DNA of 64,000 nucleotides from Oculina patagonica (taxonomy: Eukaryota): NCBI RefSeq assembly GCF_052425735.1, contig NC_135763.1, positions 11,966,001 through 12,030,000 on the forward strand, given 5' to 3'. Position 1 is the stretch's first letter. Every line of letters starts with the position of its first letter. Positions 38,717-52,189 of this stretch are shown here, one piece after another. The position numbers and the translations under genes are program-made. The notes beneath the pieces are model-generated. The model worked only from the letters and a program-made list of their open reading frames with translations, had not been told where the DNA came from and searched no databases.

Positions 38717-41700
38717 TCACTTGCTTTTTAATAGATCAAAAATGATGTCGTAGGTGACTTGACGCTTGTTGTCCCAAGCGTACAGCACTTTTTCTCTGGG
38801 GTTGTAGGCCACCATGGAGTTGTAGCCGTACTGGTTTGTGAACTGTATGTTGGGGCTCGACTGTTTTCCTGTCTTGGTGTCGTAAGCAAAGTTGATGGTA
38901 GTGGACTTGCTGTTATGCTCGTCAATACAGTAGATCACTCCACAGGCTACGAAGGCATTACCCATCTCTTTCATTTTTTCTATGGAAGTGATCGAAGCAA
39001 CATCATCATATCATTATAATCATGTTTTTTACTCTCGGTTTTCAGGATAGTTTGAACAGCTAATTAATATCTACGAGCATTTCAACAGTACACAACACGA
39101 TGGGGAAAGATAAGACCACAACACCGGGATCTCCATGCCCTACCCTTTACGATATTACTAAATATGTAGGACTGTACTGTTTATAGTCCTTTTCCGAGAA
39201 GACTAGAATCTTTAACCATTTGCAGATGTCATTGCAAAGGCAGCATATTCTTCTCAGTTAACAATCAGGGTCTTAAAAGACCCTGATTGTTGGTCCGGTT
39301 TGGGACTCGAACCCGAGACCTCGCGCACAGTAGTCTGGTGCTCTACCCACTTAGCTAACCAGTCGGCAGTAAGTGTAAAAATCAGGCATTAGTCTAAAAA
39401 TCGAGTACAATTCGTGATTTATAGGTAGGAGTAATGTTTTGAAAGTTCTCAGCTCAAAATTACACGATCGCGAGCCTTTAGGAGAGTGCAATATGAGAAC
39501 AAAACATCACGAGTACCTATTTATCACGAATTGTACAAAGTCGTGCGATTTTTATTTACAGTAAACTCAACAAAATTACGATTCGGAACGGTAAGCTTTA
39601 TAATTCCTCGTTTCATCTTCAGAAAGAAACTTCAGAAACTTTTCTTAATTTTCGGGTAAACATCGGAAATTTGCGGACTTCGGTTCAACTCCAGACTCTA
39701 TTCGGATCAACCCCGGAAATCATGAGAAGTCTTTTTATAGTCAAGCCTTCTTGGCTAAAGAAAAGAAAAAGACGTTTTTTAAGTTTGAATTTTCCTTTCG
39801 CCCTGTAATGTAACGGTTCAGTTTATGAGGACAATTACAATGAATGACATTAAAGTCGAGTTCTTACCTGTGTTCAAGCTCCAAGTTTGGATTACGACGT
39901 TTTTGTAGACATCTATTTTAGATGCTCGCAGTCGAAAGTTGCCGGAAGGTTCACCCCATAATACCCACAATCCTTGTTCGTCAACCGCCAAGTCCATTCC
40001 AGAGTAGCCGGTCCATCGGTACCAGTTCTTCCTCGCTTGGAAACCACTCACAGATATTAGAGCATCCTCGGCTTCTGTGCGCAGATTAAACTTGACAATG
40101 TGGCCCGTATTTGCTCTATCAAAACAAGACAGAAAGGCATAAGTATGTTTTATTGGACTGGCTTGGAACACAGAGAAGACACAAGCAACTGTATTGCCTG
40201 TTCCTGGCACATTGTAGCGGCTAGGCCTTTCCACAAGTTGCTCGAGATTTCCCAAAAAGTTGCCCGTAATTTCTCAAAAAGTTGCTCAAAAGTTGCTTCA
40301 AAAATCCAAAAAAGTTGCTTCTGTTAATAAAAGTTGCTCGAAAGTTGCTCCAAAAAATCCAAAACGCTGCTTCTAATCAAGAAAATTTTTCTAAATATAT
40401 GCTAATTTTTCCTATGAGGGTAATATTTCTAAGCAGTTTTATGCAATTTTACAGCATAAGAAGTATCTAAATAACCTATTAAGAGGAAAATTTGTTAAAT
40501 AACAAGGATTTCTTTAACTGAGAAAAATCGTGAAGATATCGATGACGTCATGTTTGCTGACGAGGTTTGTAATGTATTAATGCAGAATGAGCCGAGGGTC
40601 TTCAGATGTCCCTTATCAATTTTCGGCAAACTTCGTAAATCTTCGGAAACGTTCGTATGGCCTTTGAACAACACTCGGATAATCTTCGGAGATCTTCGGT
40701 CTGGAAATTGCTCAAAATTCAACAAGTTGCTCGAGAGGAAAAAAGTTGCTCGAAGTGGAAAAAGTTGCTCGAAATATGAAAAGTTGCCAAAAAGTTGCCG
40801 AGCAACTTGTGGAAAGCCCTAGTAGCGGCTACTAATTTTAGCGATTTTTTCTAAGCAAGATTTAGCGACCATTTAATTTAGCAATTTTCCGAAAGTGTTT
40901 AAAAAAATTAAATAGCAATAACGTGTAATCCAGTTTTCAATCAACATATAGCCAGTATTCTTCATAGCCAAGATTCTGCATCACCAGAAAGAACAAAGTT
41001 ACCGGCATCCATTTTTTAAAGAATTTTTCAAGTTGACTACTTTTAATTTTTCTTTTCTTGACCAAGACAAATTTTAGCGAGTACAAGATTTATAGAATTT
41101 CGCCCAACTCAAACGATTTAACGTTCACCTTTCTTGAGCTTATAATTATATGTTCCTGGTTAAGCCACCAAAAGACGTCAAAAGAAGATAACAATAAGTA
41201 TGTTGGTTTGTTCAAAGCCCTCTATTTTTTCGTGTTTTTTCGATCGATGAGCGCGCGGTGAGAACGGCGAGAGAACTGGACGCCAGCGCAAAACGGAAGA
41301 ATTTGCTTTTTTGCGTTGAAAATTCGAGAGGCTGTGGACAGTCTATAAGTGCGTTGGTTCTTTTTATCTGCTTATGCTTATGCTTTGTACACCAGCCTTT
41401 GAGGGGGGTGAATAGGTATAGGGAAATCCGTCCATCTGTGTTATTTTTTTGGCTAATTCTGGCGGCTATTACTTTCGTTCAAATTCGAATCTGTATTACT
41501 TGAAACTATGAGTGGTAAATTTTCAAGGCAATAGAAAGTAAATGTTGTTTTCTATGCCAATTTTTTAAACGTTTCGTTTCACTGCTTGTTTTTTTTTTTT
41601 TGACAATTCCGCCAACATTCCGACGACCAAAGTGATCCGAAATACGATTCGTGATCCGAACTTCCTGACATCAAGTGTCCGAAACCAGGCAAAATTCTCA

Positions 41701-42747
41701 GCTTATCCGCGATCCACTGTATTCTCGAAATCCTCGAAATAACTCCATGTATCGCAAAAATCCACAATCAGTGCGCTTTTTAAGGCTAAATCGGTCGAAT
41801 GCGAACCTATTTACTCTACACCTTTTCGTGCAAAATACTTTTGCCAACGACTTCCTTCCAATCGCATATATAGTGGCAAGCTAAATATCTCTATCCTTGA
41901 CTTGTTACCTAATCACTTTTTGGTAAAAGAACCATTGTTTTCCGCAAACGGTTTCGCGTAAATGAAAGGTTCAAAACTGCTGCAAATGCAAACAGGGTAA
42001 CGAAAGATTACTTGTTGTAGTATAGGTATGGTCCATACACCACTGCTCCAGTTCCGTCCCAGGTATAAGGCAGTTTGTACGTCTTACGAGTCACGCCTGC
42101 TTTGAACATGTCCATGTTTTCAAACTCTTCAACTTCGTTTCTTGAGTGATACCCTTCCATAACGAATATGGTCTCAGCGCCCATGATTCCTAGCGGGTCT
42201 TTCATCCAAGCTCCTTGTGTTGTTTGCCGAGTGTTGTGAGTAATAGGTAAACCAACAGACTTGATGGTAGCACAGCTATCTACCAAGACCAAAACAAACA
42301 AAATAAAAATGATGAGGGCTTATATGTTAAGACTAGTTTACACGACCAGTTTGTATGTGACACCTCTTTAATATTTTCTCGTGTAGATGAGAAAAAAATG
42401 GTCAATTTTATGTGACAGATATATTTGTTGACAAACTGGCGTGTTAGCTTCTATGTGATAAATAAACTTTGGACTGCTAAAAAAATAATTGTTGTGTCAT
42501 CTAAACGATCAAATATATTTGTCGCATAAAAATTGTCACATAAACATTACCTATGTAAACCCAGCTTTACAGTATTATTGTAGGAACCGGATTCAAGCCC
42601 CCCGTCCTACTACCAAGAGCTGTTCTCATCGGGTAGTCCCGCGTTAATTCATCCCCTCGGTCACGTCATGTTTTGATCATGCAGCCTCCTGTCATAAATT
42701 ATGGCCAGTTTGTTGAATACATCTTATCCAGCGCATTTTGGTTAAAG

Positions 42748-42780
<33 letters not shown>

Positions 42781-45700
42781 AATCATCATCATGCAAGGAA
42801 TACAACTGGTCTCCCACGAAGCAGAGCATACGGCAAATGGACACCACAACTCAAGTTATTCCGCAACAACAATAGATTAGAACCTGATATAAAGATATTT
42901 GTTGTTTCGAATTCCGTTACAATTTTATACGCGCTGTACGGGAAAAAATGAAAAAAAAAATGGGGGAGAGGGGAGCAAGAAATCATCTGGTACTTCTAAC
43001 CCAACCCACTCAATATATAATAACCCTTTGTGATTTATTTCAGTAAAGGGGTTGTTCGTTCAGTCCAAACGCTTAAATAAAATGCAAAACATGCAAATCG
43101 ACCAGTGAGCAATACTAGCGTGAATTCAATTAATAAGTTAACCTTTTTGCAGGTTATAAACGCTTTTCTTTGCCTTGTTCAGGTCAGCTTGTTCATCAGC
43201 AATCATCTTGCGCAGCTACAAAAAAAGGTGGAAGTGGAGGGAAAAGATGAACTGGTTTTCAGAAATGAATCGATTTAGCGCCTTTGTGACTAAGTGCCTT
43301 AGTGTTTGTGACTTATCACCGCCCAACAATCGCTCCTTCTACGTACATAAGCGCCTCTTTTCTGTTTCAATTCAGCGTCATCAAATTACAGTAGAGTCAA
43401 CCATGCTTCACCTCCGTTGTGAGCAGCTAGTAAGGTAAGTAAGTAAGCACGTAAGCAAGCAAGCAAGAAAGCAAGTAGGCAAGCAAGTAAGCAAGCAAAC
43501 AAGAAAGAAAGCAAGCAAGCAAGAAAGAAAGCAAGCAAGCAAGTAGGCAAGCAGGTAAGCAAGCAAGCAAGAAAGAAAGCAAGCATGAAAGCAAGCAAGC
43601 AAGTAGGCAAGCAAGTAAGTAAGCAAGCAAAAAAGCAAGTAGGCAAGCAAGCAGGCAAGAAAGCAAGCAAGTAGGCAAGAAAGTAAGCAAGCAAGCAAGA
43701 AAGCAAGCAAGCAAGCAAGTAGNNNNNNNNNNNNNNNNNNNNNNNNNNNNNNNNNNNNNNNNNNNNNNNNNNNNNNNNNNNNNNNNNNNNNNNNNNNNNN
43801 NNNNNNNNNNNNNNNNNNNNNNNNNNNNNNNNNNNNNNNNNNNNNNNNNNNNTCCAGGGGGGGGTGGATTGGGTGGCTAGCCACCCCCCTTGATCCACCA
43901 GAAAAATGATAACAAACTTTTAAAATAGAAAAATAATAAGGACAATTTCCATCCACCTTTCATAGTCAGGCGCGACCGTTCAAAGTTAAGGAAGGCCATT
44001 TTTCCAAAATAGGAGATTTTCGACAGCCTGTTTTACGAACTTCTGGCTTAATGAAGCAAAACATGTGTGTATAATTTTAAAAATTTAGATTCCTTTTAGT
44101 TTTCAAGAGTTGTTTTAGCCTTGCTGGAATGATTTTCTTCTCCATTTACATCTTTTTTAGCCAGTTTTCTTACCGTTTTTCGCATCAAAGCGATTTCACA
44201 AGCAAGCAAAGTCGCCAAAGTTGTCCCCAGGCCACTTTGCCAAGGGCTAAAAATTTCCACGCATGTGGGTGAGCAAAAAAAAACCCGCATATCTGTTCTT
44301 TCCTGTAAGTTCGTGCCCTGTCAACTTTAAATTTCAATCACTGTTCATTTCATAACTGAGAACCAGTCTTTATCTCCGAAATATAACCCAAGGTAAGTTG
44401 AGGAAAGAATATTTTGCTAAATTATTAAGGAAAAACAGTGGTTTAATAACTTAATTGACAGCTGTATAAAGCTGTTCAGAATCGCGGAAATCACGTCTAA
44501 GAGGCTTCAACTTTTCAAAGTTCTCTGAGGGGGCATGCCCCCAGACCCCCCAGGGGGATGGAGCCCACGGCTACATGAAATATGGGCCTCAGACCCAAAA
44601 TAATTTGCACTTTTTCTTTCAAAAAAATTGCCTAAAAGCCTGAAACACCCTCCCCCCCCCTTAAAAAAACTGGGGCTTGAGCAATATAGTAAACAAAAAT
44701 ATTCGTAAACAGCCACCCCTCTTTGAAAAATCCTGGATCCGCCCCTGAAGTAGGCAAGCAAGTAAGCAAGCAAGCAAGAAAGAAAGCAAGCAAGCAGGTA
44801 GGCAAGCAAGTAAGTAAGTAAGAAACTTTGTTTAACCAGGATAACCCATTCAGCAATGAGGCTGTTATCAACAGGGGCCCAGGGACACTAAGTGAAATAC
44901 AATATAAAAATGTTACAAAAATGTACAAAAGCTCAGTTTCCATCAAAGCTACGTCATCAGTCTAAGAACACATCAAACTTACATGTGCTTTAGCCAACTC
45001 AAGAGAGAGCTCCTTTATAGAGGGTTTGCTGATGGGCGTTTCATTCGGATTGGACGAAACCAAGGCACGCTTGGTTCGTAGTCCACTTACTGAGGATGAT
45101 CCGAGCACTTCACTCTGCAACAACATTTATCAGTTAGTCAGTGACGTCAGTAAAGGCCTGACAAAACGAAGAAATATGTTTCCGTAACTGTTTCCTCGTA
45201 ACATGGAGTGTTTCTGCGGTGTAGCAAAAGGAAATTTTGCTTCTTGGAAACAAAAATTGAGGCTCGCTGACATTTAGGAAACATGCGCGCGCTACAAATG
45301 TTTCTGTGATTCTATGAGAAAAAATGCCCAACTGATAGCACGTGTTAAATAATCTATTTCGACTATTTCTGACAGAGCCAGCTGACGTAAACGTTTAATC
45401 AAAAACTTGCTTTATTTGGTAGATACTACCCCTTCAATACTTAAAATGTACTTCTTATTCAAAATTTTTGAAAAATTTCATCTACAGTATTCGTAAGGAA
45501 TTGCATTGCAGCATGTATTAATATTACATAATTGAAATAAATTAAAAAACAGTTAAACTTCAAATTCTGGAGGTTATACAAAATATTTAATGAGGGAGGT
45601 ACTGCCATATTTTTGACTGAAAAGGTAACTCCTTTGTGTTATCTTCGATGGAAAATGCTGTCCTTTCGCATACTAACAGTAGGATACTGCATCTTTTTCT

Positions 45701-46288
45701 GAACATTTCACTTGAATCAACTGTTCAACGGATCTGTTCGGATGTTTTGACATGCTCTTTTAAATATCTAAATGACAGTTTCCCCACCCTTTTCTGTACT
45801 CAAACTCGTGAAATTACTACCCTTTATATGTACCTACAGCTTGAAAAAGCGAGATCGTCGCTTTATATAGTGCACTATAGCGCCCCCCCCCCCCCGCCCG
45901 CCCGGGGGAGGAGGGGCTTAAAAACTGGAAACATATGGTACCGATGTCCGGCTGAAGTGGACCCTTCAGGACATTTCCGCAGTCGCCTGTTTTATTGAGC
46001 CCTATATATGTTGGGACGTGTGAACCTACATGAAAAATTTACTGAGAGAAATATAATAAATTACTGTTTTGTAATTTTGTATATGTACAGTGCTGTAATT
46101 CCAACAATGATCAAAGAAAGCTTAGTGCAAGCTATACCTCCAGCAAGCCAAACTAAAAATAAGACATATTTGAACATTTCGAAAGTGGCTAATGATGAGG
46201 GCCATTATAATTACTAAGCGGAAAATTTCAAACTTACCAGCAAGAGAGCAAGTGAGCAGCTAAACAGTGGCAGATATCGTGGCAGCAT
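38717..46288 (-). CDS. Gene C: secreted olfactomedin-domain protein, 344 aa (most divergent copy)
   Basis: Exons 46288-46238 (MLPRYLPLFSCSLALLL), 45114-44983 (SEVLGSSSVSGLRTKRALV...LAKAH), 43215-43143 (LRKMIADEQADLNKAKKSVYNLQK), 42279-42012, 40115-39868, 38979-38717. GT-AG, 1035 nt in frame. Confidence 0.92.
39085..39367 (-). mobile_element. tRNA-derived SINE in gene C intron 6
   Basis: Minus-strand head GCCGACTGGTTAGCTAAGTGGGTAGAGCACCAGACTACTGTGCGCGAGGTCTCGGGTTCGAGTCCC with Pol III A and B boxes, followed by a non-tRNA body. The 3' limit is approximate. Confidence 0.8.
39402..39537. repeat. Palindromic element
   Basis: GTACAATTCGTGAT.TATAGGTA / TACCTATTTATCACGAATTGTAC. Confidence 0.6.
40222..40821. 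mobile_element. hAT-type non-autonomous element (600 bp) with perfect 8-bp TSD
   Basis: GTAGCGGC|TAGGCCTTTCCACAAGTTGCTC...GAGCAACTTGTGGAAAGCCCTA|GTAGCGGC. Confidence 0.9.
42748..42792. repeat. (CAT)n microsatellite
   Basis: Direct reading; explains the poly-His ORF. Confidence 0.9.
43430..44930 (-). repeat. (AAGC/AAGT)n microsatellite, tail of a LINE 3' remnant (44822-44930), interrupted by a MITE
   Basis: Repeats at 43430-43722 and 44748-44822. The minus strand reads ...CCCTGGGCCCCTGTTGATAACAGCCTCATTGCTGAATGGGTTATCCTGGTTAAACAAAGTTTC(TTAC/TTGC)n. Confidence 0.7.
43853..44747. mobile_element. TIR element (CAGGGGCGGATCCAG type) inserted in the microsatellite
   Basis: Right end CTGGATCCGCCCCTG; left end ...TCCAGGGG emerges from the N-gap; repeated GCCACCCC and GGGGCATGCCCCCAGACCCCC motifs. 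Confidence 0.7.
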
Positions 46289-46755
46289 ATCTTTATGAAA
46301 AGACTTTTACGAAACTGCAAAAACTGAAAAGAAATTGAAATTTTTATTCCTTTTGAAACGATAAAAGAAGTTTACAGCTAGTTCTCTTTGTAAAATATTA
46401 CCAGAAAGACAAACAAGTATTGTATTTGCACTGGAATAAGCAAAACACTCAAACCAGGGTTGAATTTTTTCAACCTTGTTGAATTGGATAGATCAGAAAC
46501 ATTCAACAGGTTAACGAGTTGAAATTGTCACGAAATAAGATCTTGAATAAAGCAGGCAAGCATGCGTTTGTGAGTCTGTTTCCATTTTCAATATATAGAT
46601 TCAACTGTATGAATGAGTAAAAACAAACAGGGGTATCCGTTTCCAAGCAATCAATATTTCATTTTTTTATATTTTACTGTTGTAAATGATACAGTTATCG
46701 AATTTGGAATCAATTTACTAAAATGCCACTCCTCGGGTATCGATCGGAAATGTAG

Positions 46756-49700
46756 AAATCTTGATAGTTTTGTTTCTTCCTTGATTTTTGTCCAATTTGT
46801 GTATTTTTGGAAGTTAGACTCTAGTTCTTAACCAAACCTTCCAACTGATTTAAATACTTTTTATATTCCCTGACGCCCTAACCTCACTTAGAAAAAACCT
46901 TAGCCTACAAAATCGAATCGTTACAAGGCCATATTTATAGTTCAAAAGTAAAGAGAACTGCGTCAAACACTTTCGGTCAGATTTACGTGCGTACTTTCCG
47001 ATTCTTGAAACAGGAAGGCTTCGCTCACTAAGGGCGTGATGCTGGAAGTGGTGTGAAGGTTACAACAGACGAAGCAACATATATACTCACCGAGGACGTG
47101 CTAAGTTATTGATAAATATTGGTTCAGGTGAAGCTGGTCAATTGGCAAATGGAATAAGAAAGGAGCAAAGCAGATATCAAGCATGTAAAAATGCACATCT
47201 TTATGTCGGAACATGTGTGATGAATCGCATTTTTCAACCTATTTTTTAGGCCCGATATAATTATATTCTTCACAGCGAATGAACTCAGCTCTCGGGAATT
47301 AATTTAGTTACCTTGCTGGTTCACTAGTAAGAGCTGAGTCTATTTGCCGTAAAGAATGTACGTACACGTCAGGGAAAAAGGTTAAATTTCTTTTTTTTTA
47401 GTTTGATGGAAATACTTGCTCTTTTTTCGAAATTCACTGCAATACAGAATAAACCTGAGTTTTAGTAACGGAAAATCTATTTTCTTTGTAGTGTGCAGCA
47501 GTAAAACCAATAACTGGAACGGAATTGAACGTTTTCTAACGAGAATTCCTCCCTGAACTCCTCGTCCTTCGAAGAATCTTGGCCAATCAATAAAACTGTA
47601 CGCACTGAAATGCCCAGCTTTATTTTTTAATAATTTAAATTCTTCTTCGTTCCTTTCCAAGTTTTGTTACAAAGATAAGTTGCAGGGAACAATATTGAAG
47701 CGTGATATTTGACTGCCTAAAATTTTTCTGGCACTTAAAATTTCAGCTAAAGAATAAAAAAAAGTGATGTTCTAGATGGACTAGCTAGTAAAAACTGTGC
47801 AAAAAGCAATTTTTTGCTGAGTGTGATTAATATAAAGTTGTGCAAGTTCTGAAAACTGCGTATGTGCGAGAAACATCAATTTTTTCATACATCAGATAAA
47901 CGCTGAAATCATAAATTCAAAAGGTGTTATCAGTTAAGTGAACCGAAGTGGGCCCTCAAAAAATTTCTGTAGATTGTTTTGGACCGCAGGTATAGACGTG
48001 TGATGCTGCATGAAACCTCGCTAGTCTGTGAGCAGGATCATCTATTCTTAGATCAGAGAGTCATCGCGGTGCATATGCCAGAAACCTCTTGTACAAATAT
48101 TACTGAAGAGAAATTAATTTCCATTTTCCTGCACCTTGTTAAATCAAATCACTTTTTTTGTAAGCAAATTAATGGTCTGACCAAACATACTTCCTTTGTA
48201 TTCAGCTTTTTGTAGTTTGTGACACTGAGCAGAAGGGGCAAGGAGGGGCAGTATATCTTCCGATTATTTATTTCCAGTGTTATTTATTCATTACTTTTTT
48301 TAATAATCCGCACCCAAGCAAAATTTTATAATTCTGACACGTGGCGCCGCCAAGTCCTCATTTTCCTGTCTTTAAACACATAGAACTATTTTTAGTACAG
48401 TTCCAAAAAATACGTTACTCACCGGAACACTTGTAACGTAGAAAACTTTAAACAGTGCAAATGACAACCTTATCTTTAAAGCATTCGTCTTGTTTTTTCG
48501 CAAATTTCAGCCTTTTGAGCGCTGTGAAGTGTGGGTGGCTTGAAGGATTGTTGAATTTTCAAGTCATTTTTTCAAATCTTGATAGTTTTGTTTCTTCCTT
48601 GATTTGTGTCCGATTTGTATATTTTCAGATTTGACTCTAGATCTTAACCAAACCCTCCAACTGATTTAAACACTTTTTACATTTCCTGACGCCCTAACCT
48701 CGCTTAGCCTACAAAATCGCCTTATTATTAGGCCATATCTATAGTTCAAAAGTAAAAAAGTTTTCGGTCAGACTTGCGTGTCTATTTTCCAATTCTTGAA
48801 ACAGGAAGACTTCGCTCACTAAGGGCGTGATGCTGGGAGTGGTTTGAAGGTTGTGAACAGACGAAGCAATATCTACACTTATCGAGGACGTGTTTAGTAA
48901 CTGATAAATATTGTTTCTGGGTGGCAAATGGAATAAGAAAGGAGCAAAGTAGATATTATAAAGAATGAAAAAATGCGCAACTTTTTGTGTAATAAACCGT
49001 ATTTTTCAAATGATTTTTTACTGCCCTTCACACGACTCAACCCTGGAGAGTTAATTTAGTAACCTTGCTGGTTCACTAGAGTTGAGTCTATTTGCAGTGA
49101 GGAATGTACGTACACGTCAGCGAAAAAGGTTAAATTTCTTTTTTTAGTTAGATGGTGGTCACCCAACTAGTTTAGCTTTTTAGTTATTTTGGGTGACCAG
49201 CAACTGTATGTATTTTGAATTTATTTATTGTTTAAGTTGTTACTTGTAATCTTACAGTTCAAATAAACCTTGTTGTTGTTGTTGTTGTTGATGGAAATAC
49301 TTGTTCTTTTTTTCGAAGTTCACTACAATACAGAATAAACCTGAGTTTTGGTAACGGAAAATCTATTTTCTTTGTAGTGTGCAGCAATAAAACCAATAAC
49401 TGGATCGGAATTGAACGTTTTCTAACAAGGATTCCTCCCCGTTCTTGAACGAATCTTTGACAATGAATGAAACTGTACGCACTGAAATGCCCAGCTTTAT
49501 TTTTCAGTAATTTAATTTCTTCTTCGTTCCCTGGCAAGTTTGTTACAAAGATTAGTTGTAGGGAACAATATATTGAAGTGTCAGTGATATTTGTCTGCCA
49601 AAAGATTTCCTGCCACTTCAAATTTCAGCTCAGTGAAGAATCCATAAAAAGTCGTGATGTACTAGAAGGACTAGCTAGTTTAAATAAACCCTATGGTAGC

Positions 49701-51108
49701 CTTAAAACTGAACGATAAGCACATTTTTGCTGAGTGCGACTTATGTTGTGCAAGTTCTGAGAACCGCGTATGTGCGAGAAACATCAAGTTTTTCATACAT
49801 CAGATAAAAGCTGAAATCATAAATTCAAGGGGTGTTATCAGTTATTTAGGTGTACTGAAGTGGGCCCTCAAAAAAATTTCCGCGGGTTGTTTTGGACCGC
49901 AAGTATAGACGTGTGAAGCTGCATGAAACCTCTTAGATCAGAGAGTCACCGCGGTGCATATGTCAGAAACCTCTTGTACAAATATTACTGAAGAGAAATT
50001 TATTTCCATTTTCCTGCACTTTGTTAAATCAAATCACTTTTTTGTAAGCAAATGAATGGTCTGACCAAACATATATTTAGTGTGAGCTATGCCTTTGTCG
50101 TTATCTTAAGTGTGAGAAATAACATACTTCCTTCGTGTTCAGCTTTTTTGTAGTTCGTGGGACCGAGCAAAGGGGGCAAGGAGGGGCAGTATATTTTCCG
50201 ATTATTTATTTCCAGTAGTATTTAAGCTATGGATAGCTGGGAAACAAGGACGTCAGGGAAAAAAGTTAAATTTCTTTTTTTTAGTTTAATGGAAATACGT
50301 GCACTATTTTTCGTAACGGAAAATCTATTTTCTTTGTAGCGTGCAGCAGTAAAACCAATTTAATACTGGATCGGAATTGAATGTTTCTAGCGAGAATTCC
50401 TTCCCGTTCTTTGAAAAATCTTGGACAATCAATAAAACTGTATGCGAAATGCCCAGCTTTATTTTTCATTAATTTAAATAAATTCTTCTTCGTTCCCTTG
50501 TAAGTTTTGTTACAAAGATAAGTTGAAGGCAACAATATTGAAGTGTGATATTTAACTGCTTAAAAATTTTCTGCGACTTGAACGTTCAGCTAAATAATAA
50601 AAATAGTGATATACTAGACGGACTAGCTAGTTTAAATAAACCCTATGATAGCCATAAAACTGTACGAACAACACATTTTTTGCTGATTGTGATAAAAGTT
50701 GTGCACGTTCTGAGAACCGCGTATGTGCGAGAAACATAATTTTTTTCATACATCAGATAAAAGCTGAAATTATAAATTCAAAGGTGTTATCAGAAGTGGA
50801 CCCTCAAAAATTTTCCGCATGTTGTTTTGGACCACAATTATAGACGTGTGATGCTGCATGAAACATCACTAGTCTGTGAGCAGGAACTTTTATTCGTAGA
50901 GCAGAAAGTCATCACGGTGCATATGCCAGAAAGAACATAAACGGTCGGACCAAACAGGCTTTTATTTAGTGCGAGCAACACCTGCATCGTGAACTCAAGT
51001 GTGAGAAATAACATACTTCCTTTGTATTCAAATCTTTTAATAGAGTAAGCTTTGTGAAGTTCGTGGGACTGGGTAGAGGTGGCAAGCAGCTGTATTTATT
51101 TCCAGTGC
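46756..51108. repeat. Tandem segmental triplication of the region upstream of gene C
   Basis: Copy 1 about 46756-48290; copy 2 about 48574-50222 (offset 1818 at start); partial copy 3 about 50250-51108. Shared anchors include AACGGAAAATCTATTTTCTTTGTAG and GCGTATGTGCGAGAAACAT. Confidence 0.9.
46932..46939 (-). promoter_or_regulatory. Candidate TATA box of gene C
   Basis: TATAAATA on the minus strand about 620 nt upstream of the exon-2 acceptor (46315-16). The exon-1 donor is uncertain. Confidence 0.45.
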
Positions 51109-52189
51109 TATAGTTAGGGGCCTAGGGGGCTTTCATTTATTAGTTCATGGGGGGGTTGTCAAAATCACTTGGAGTAGCTTTCAAATATTACCCAACCCCC
51201 CTTCCCCATGCACCAATAAATAAAAGCCCCCTTACCGGGGGGGGGGGGGAGCAAGGACCATTAAGGGAAAAAAATCCAGTTTCAGAGAATACACTGAGCC
51301 CGCGTTTTTAACTATCACAGTTTCAAAGCAACATGACCTTGTAGCTGATGGAGGGTTTATCGATTTTTCAAGTTTGCTTTGATTTGACAAAACGTTTTTG
51401 CGAAATCTGTCTTGAAAGCCGACGTTTTACAGTGAAATTAATGGATTACTCGACTTGTGGGCGGGGAGAGCCGGAAATTGATATAAAACATATAATGTTC
51501 TGTCTACAAAAAACTCCCTAAGTGAATGATTCTTGTTTACGGCAAAAAAGGTTATTTAGCTTATAAATTCACTGCGTTCAGGGCTCATCCTTGCTCTAAA
51601 CAGTGCTTTTTCTTTCATGGTCCAGAGTTTGTGATTTCTTAGTGGGAGTGAGAAATATCTCTGATCTACGCGAGTACGACACGCGAGTCTAGTTCATCTC
51701 GTGCGCGAAACGCGAGTCAAAATGGCTGGGAAACGAACGTCTGGTATCACTTGCATGTCAGTTTGGCGGGAAAATGTTTGTCACCTTAGTTGCACTAAAA
51801 GGGTTTCTTTTCATTTGTCCGCCAACAAAAACAAACCAAACAGGTGATTTGTTTAGCAGTGCTAAACCTACTCAGATGGTTTAGCACTGCTGTGTGGCAC
51901 TTTAATTTAATGAATAAACAACATTGCAAAATGATCATAAACTTGTTAAGCATTCCATATGGCGGTAGACCAATCAGATGGCTATTCAGATAGAGCTCGA
52001 GACTGGTAATCACTGATTTCGCTTTGGTTCGCATAGCCTTTTATTTAATTACTTCAGGCTTAAATCACAAAGAAGTATTTTTCTCTAGTGATGTGGAGAG
52101 GAACAACAAAAACTCATCAAAACAAATCACCTTATATATTGTGGGTTAATCATTGCTGTGCTAATTGTGGGCACTTTAAAGCTGATTTC

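Noticed and set aside
39295-39367. tRNA gene
   Set aside because: The tRNA-like head lacks a closed acceptor stem and runs into a SINE body.
47382-50535. Three similar minus-strand ORFs (KNKAGHF...KKIDFPL)
   Set aside because: Products of the non-coding triplication; the frames break differently in each copy and no domain is recognisable.
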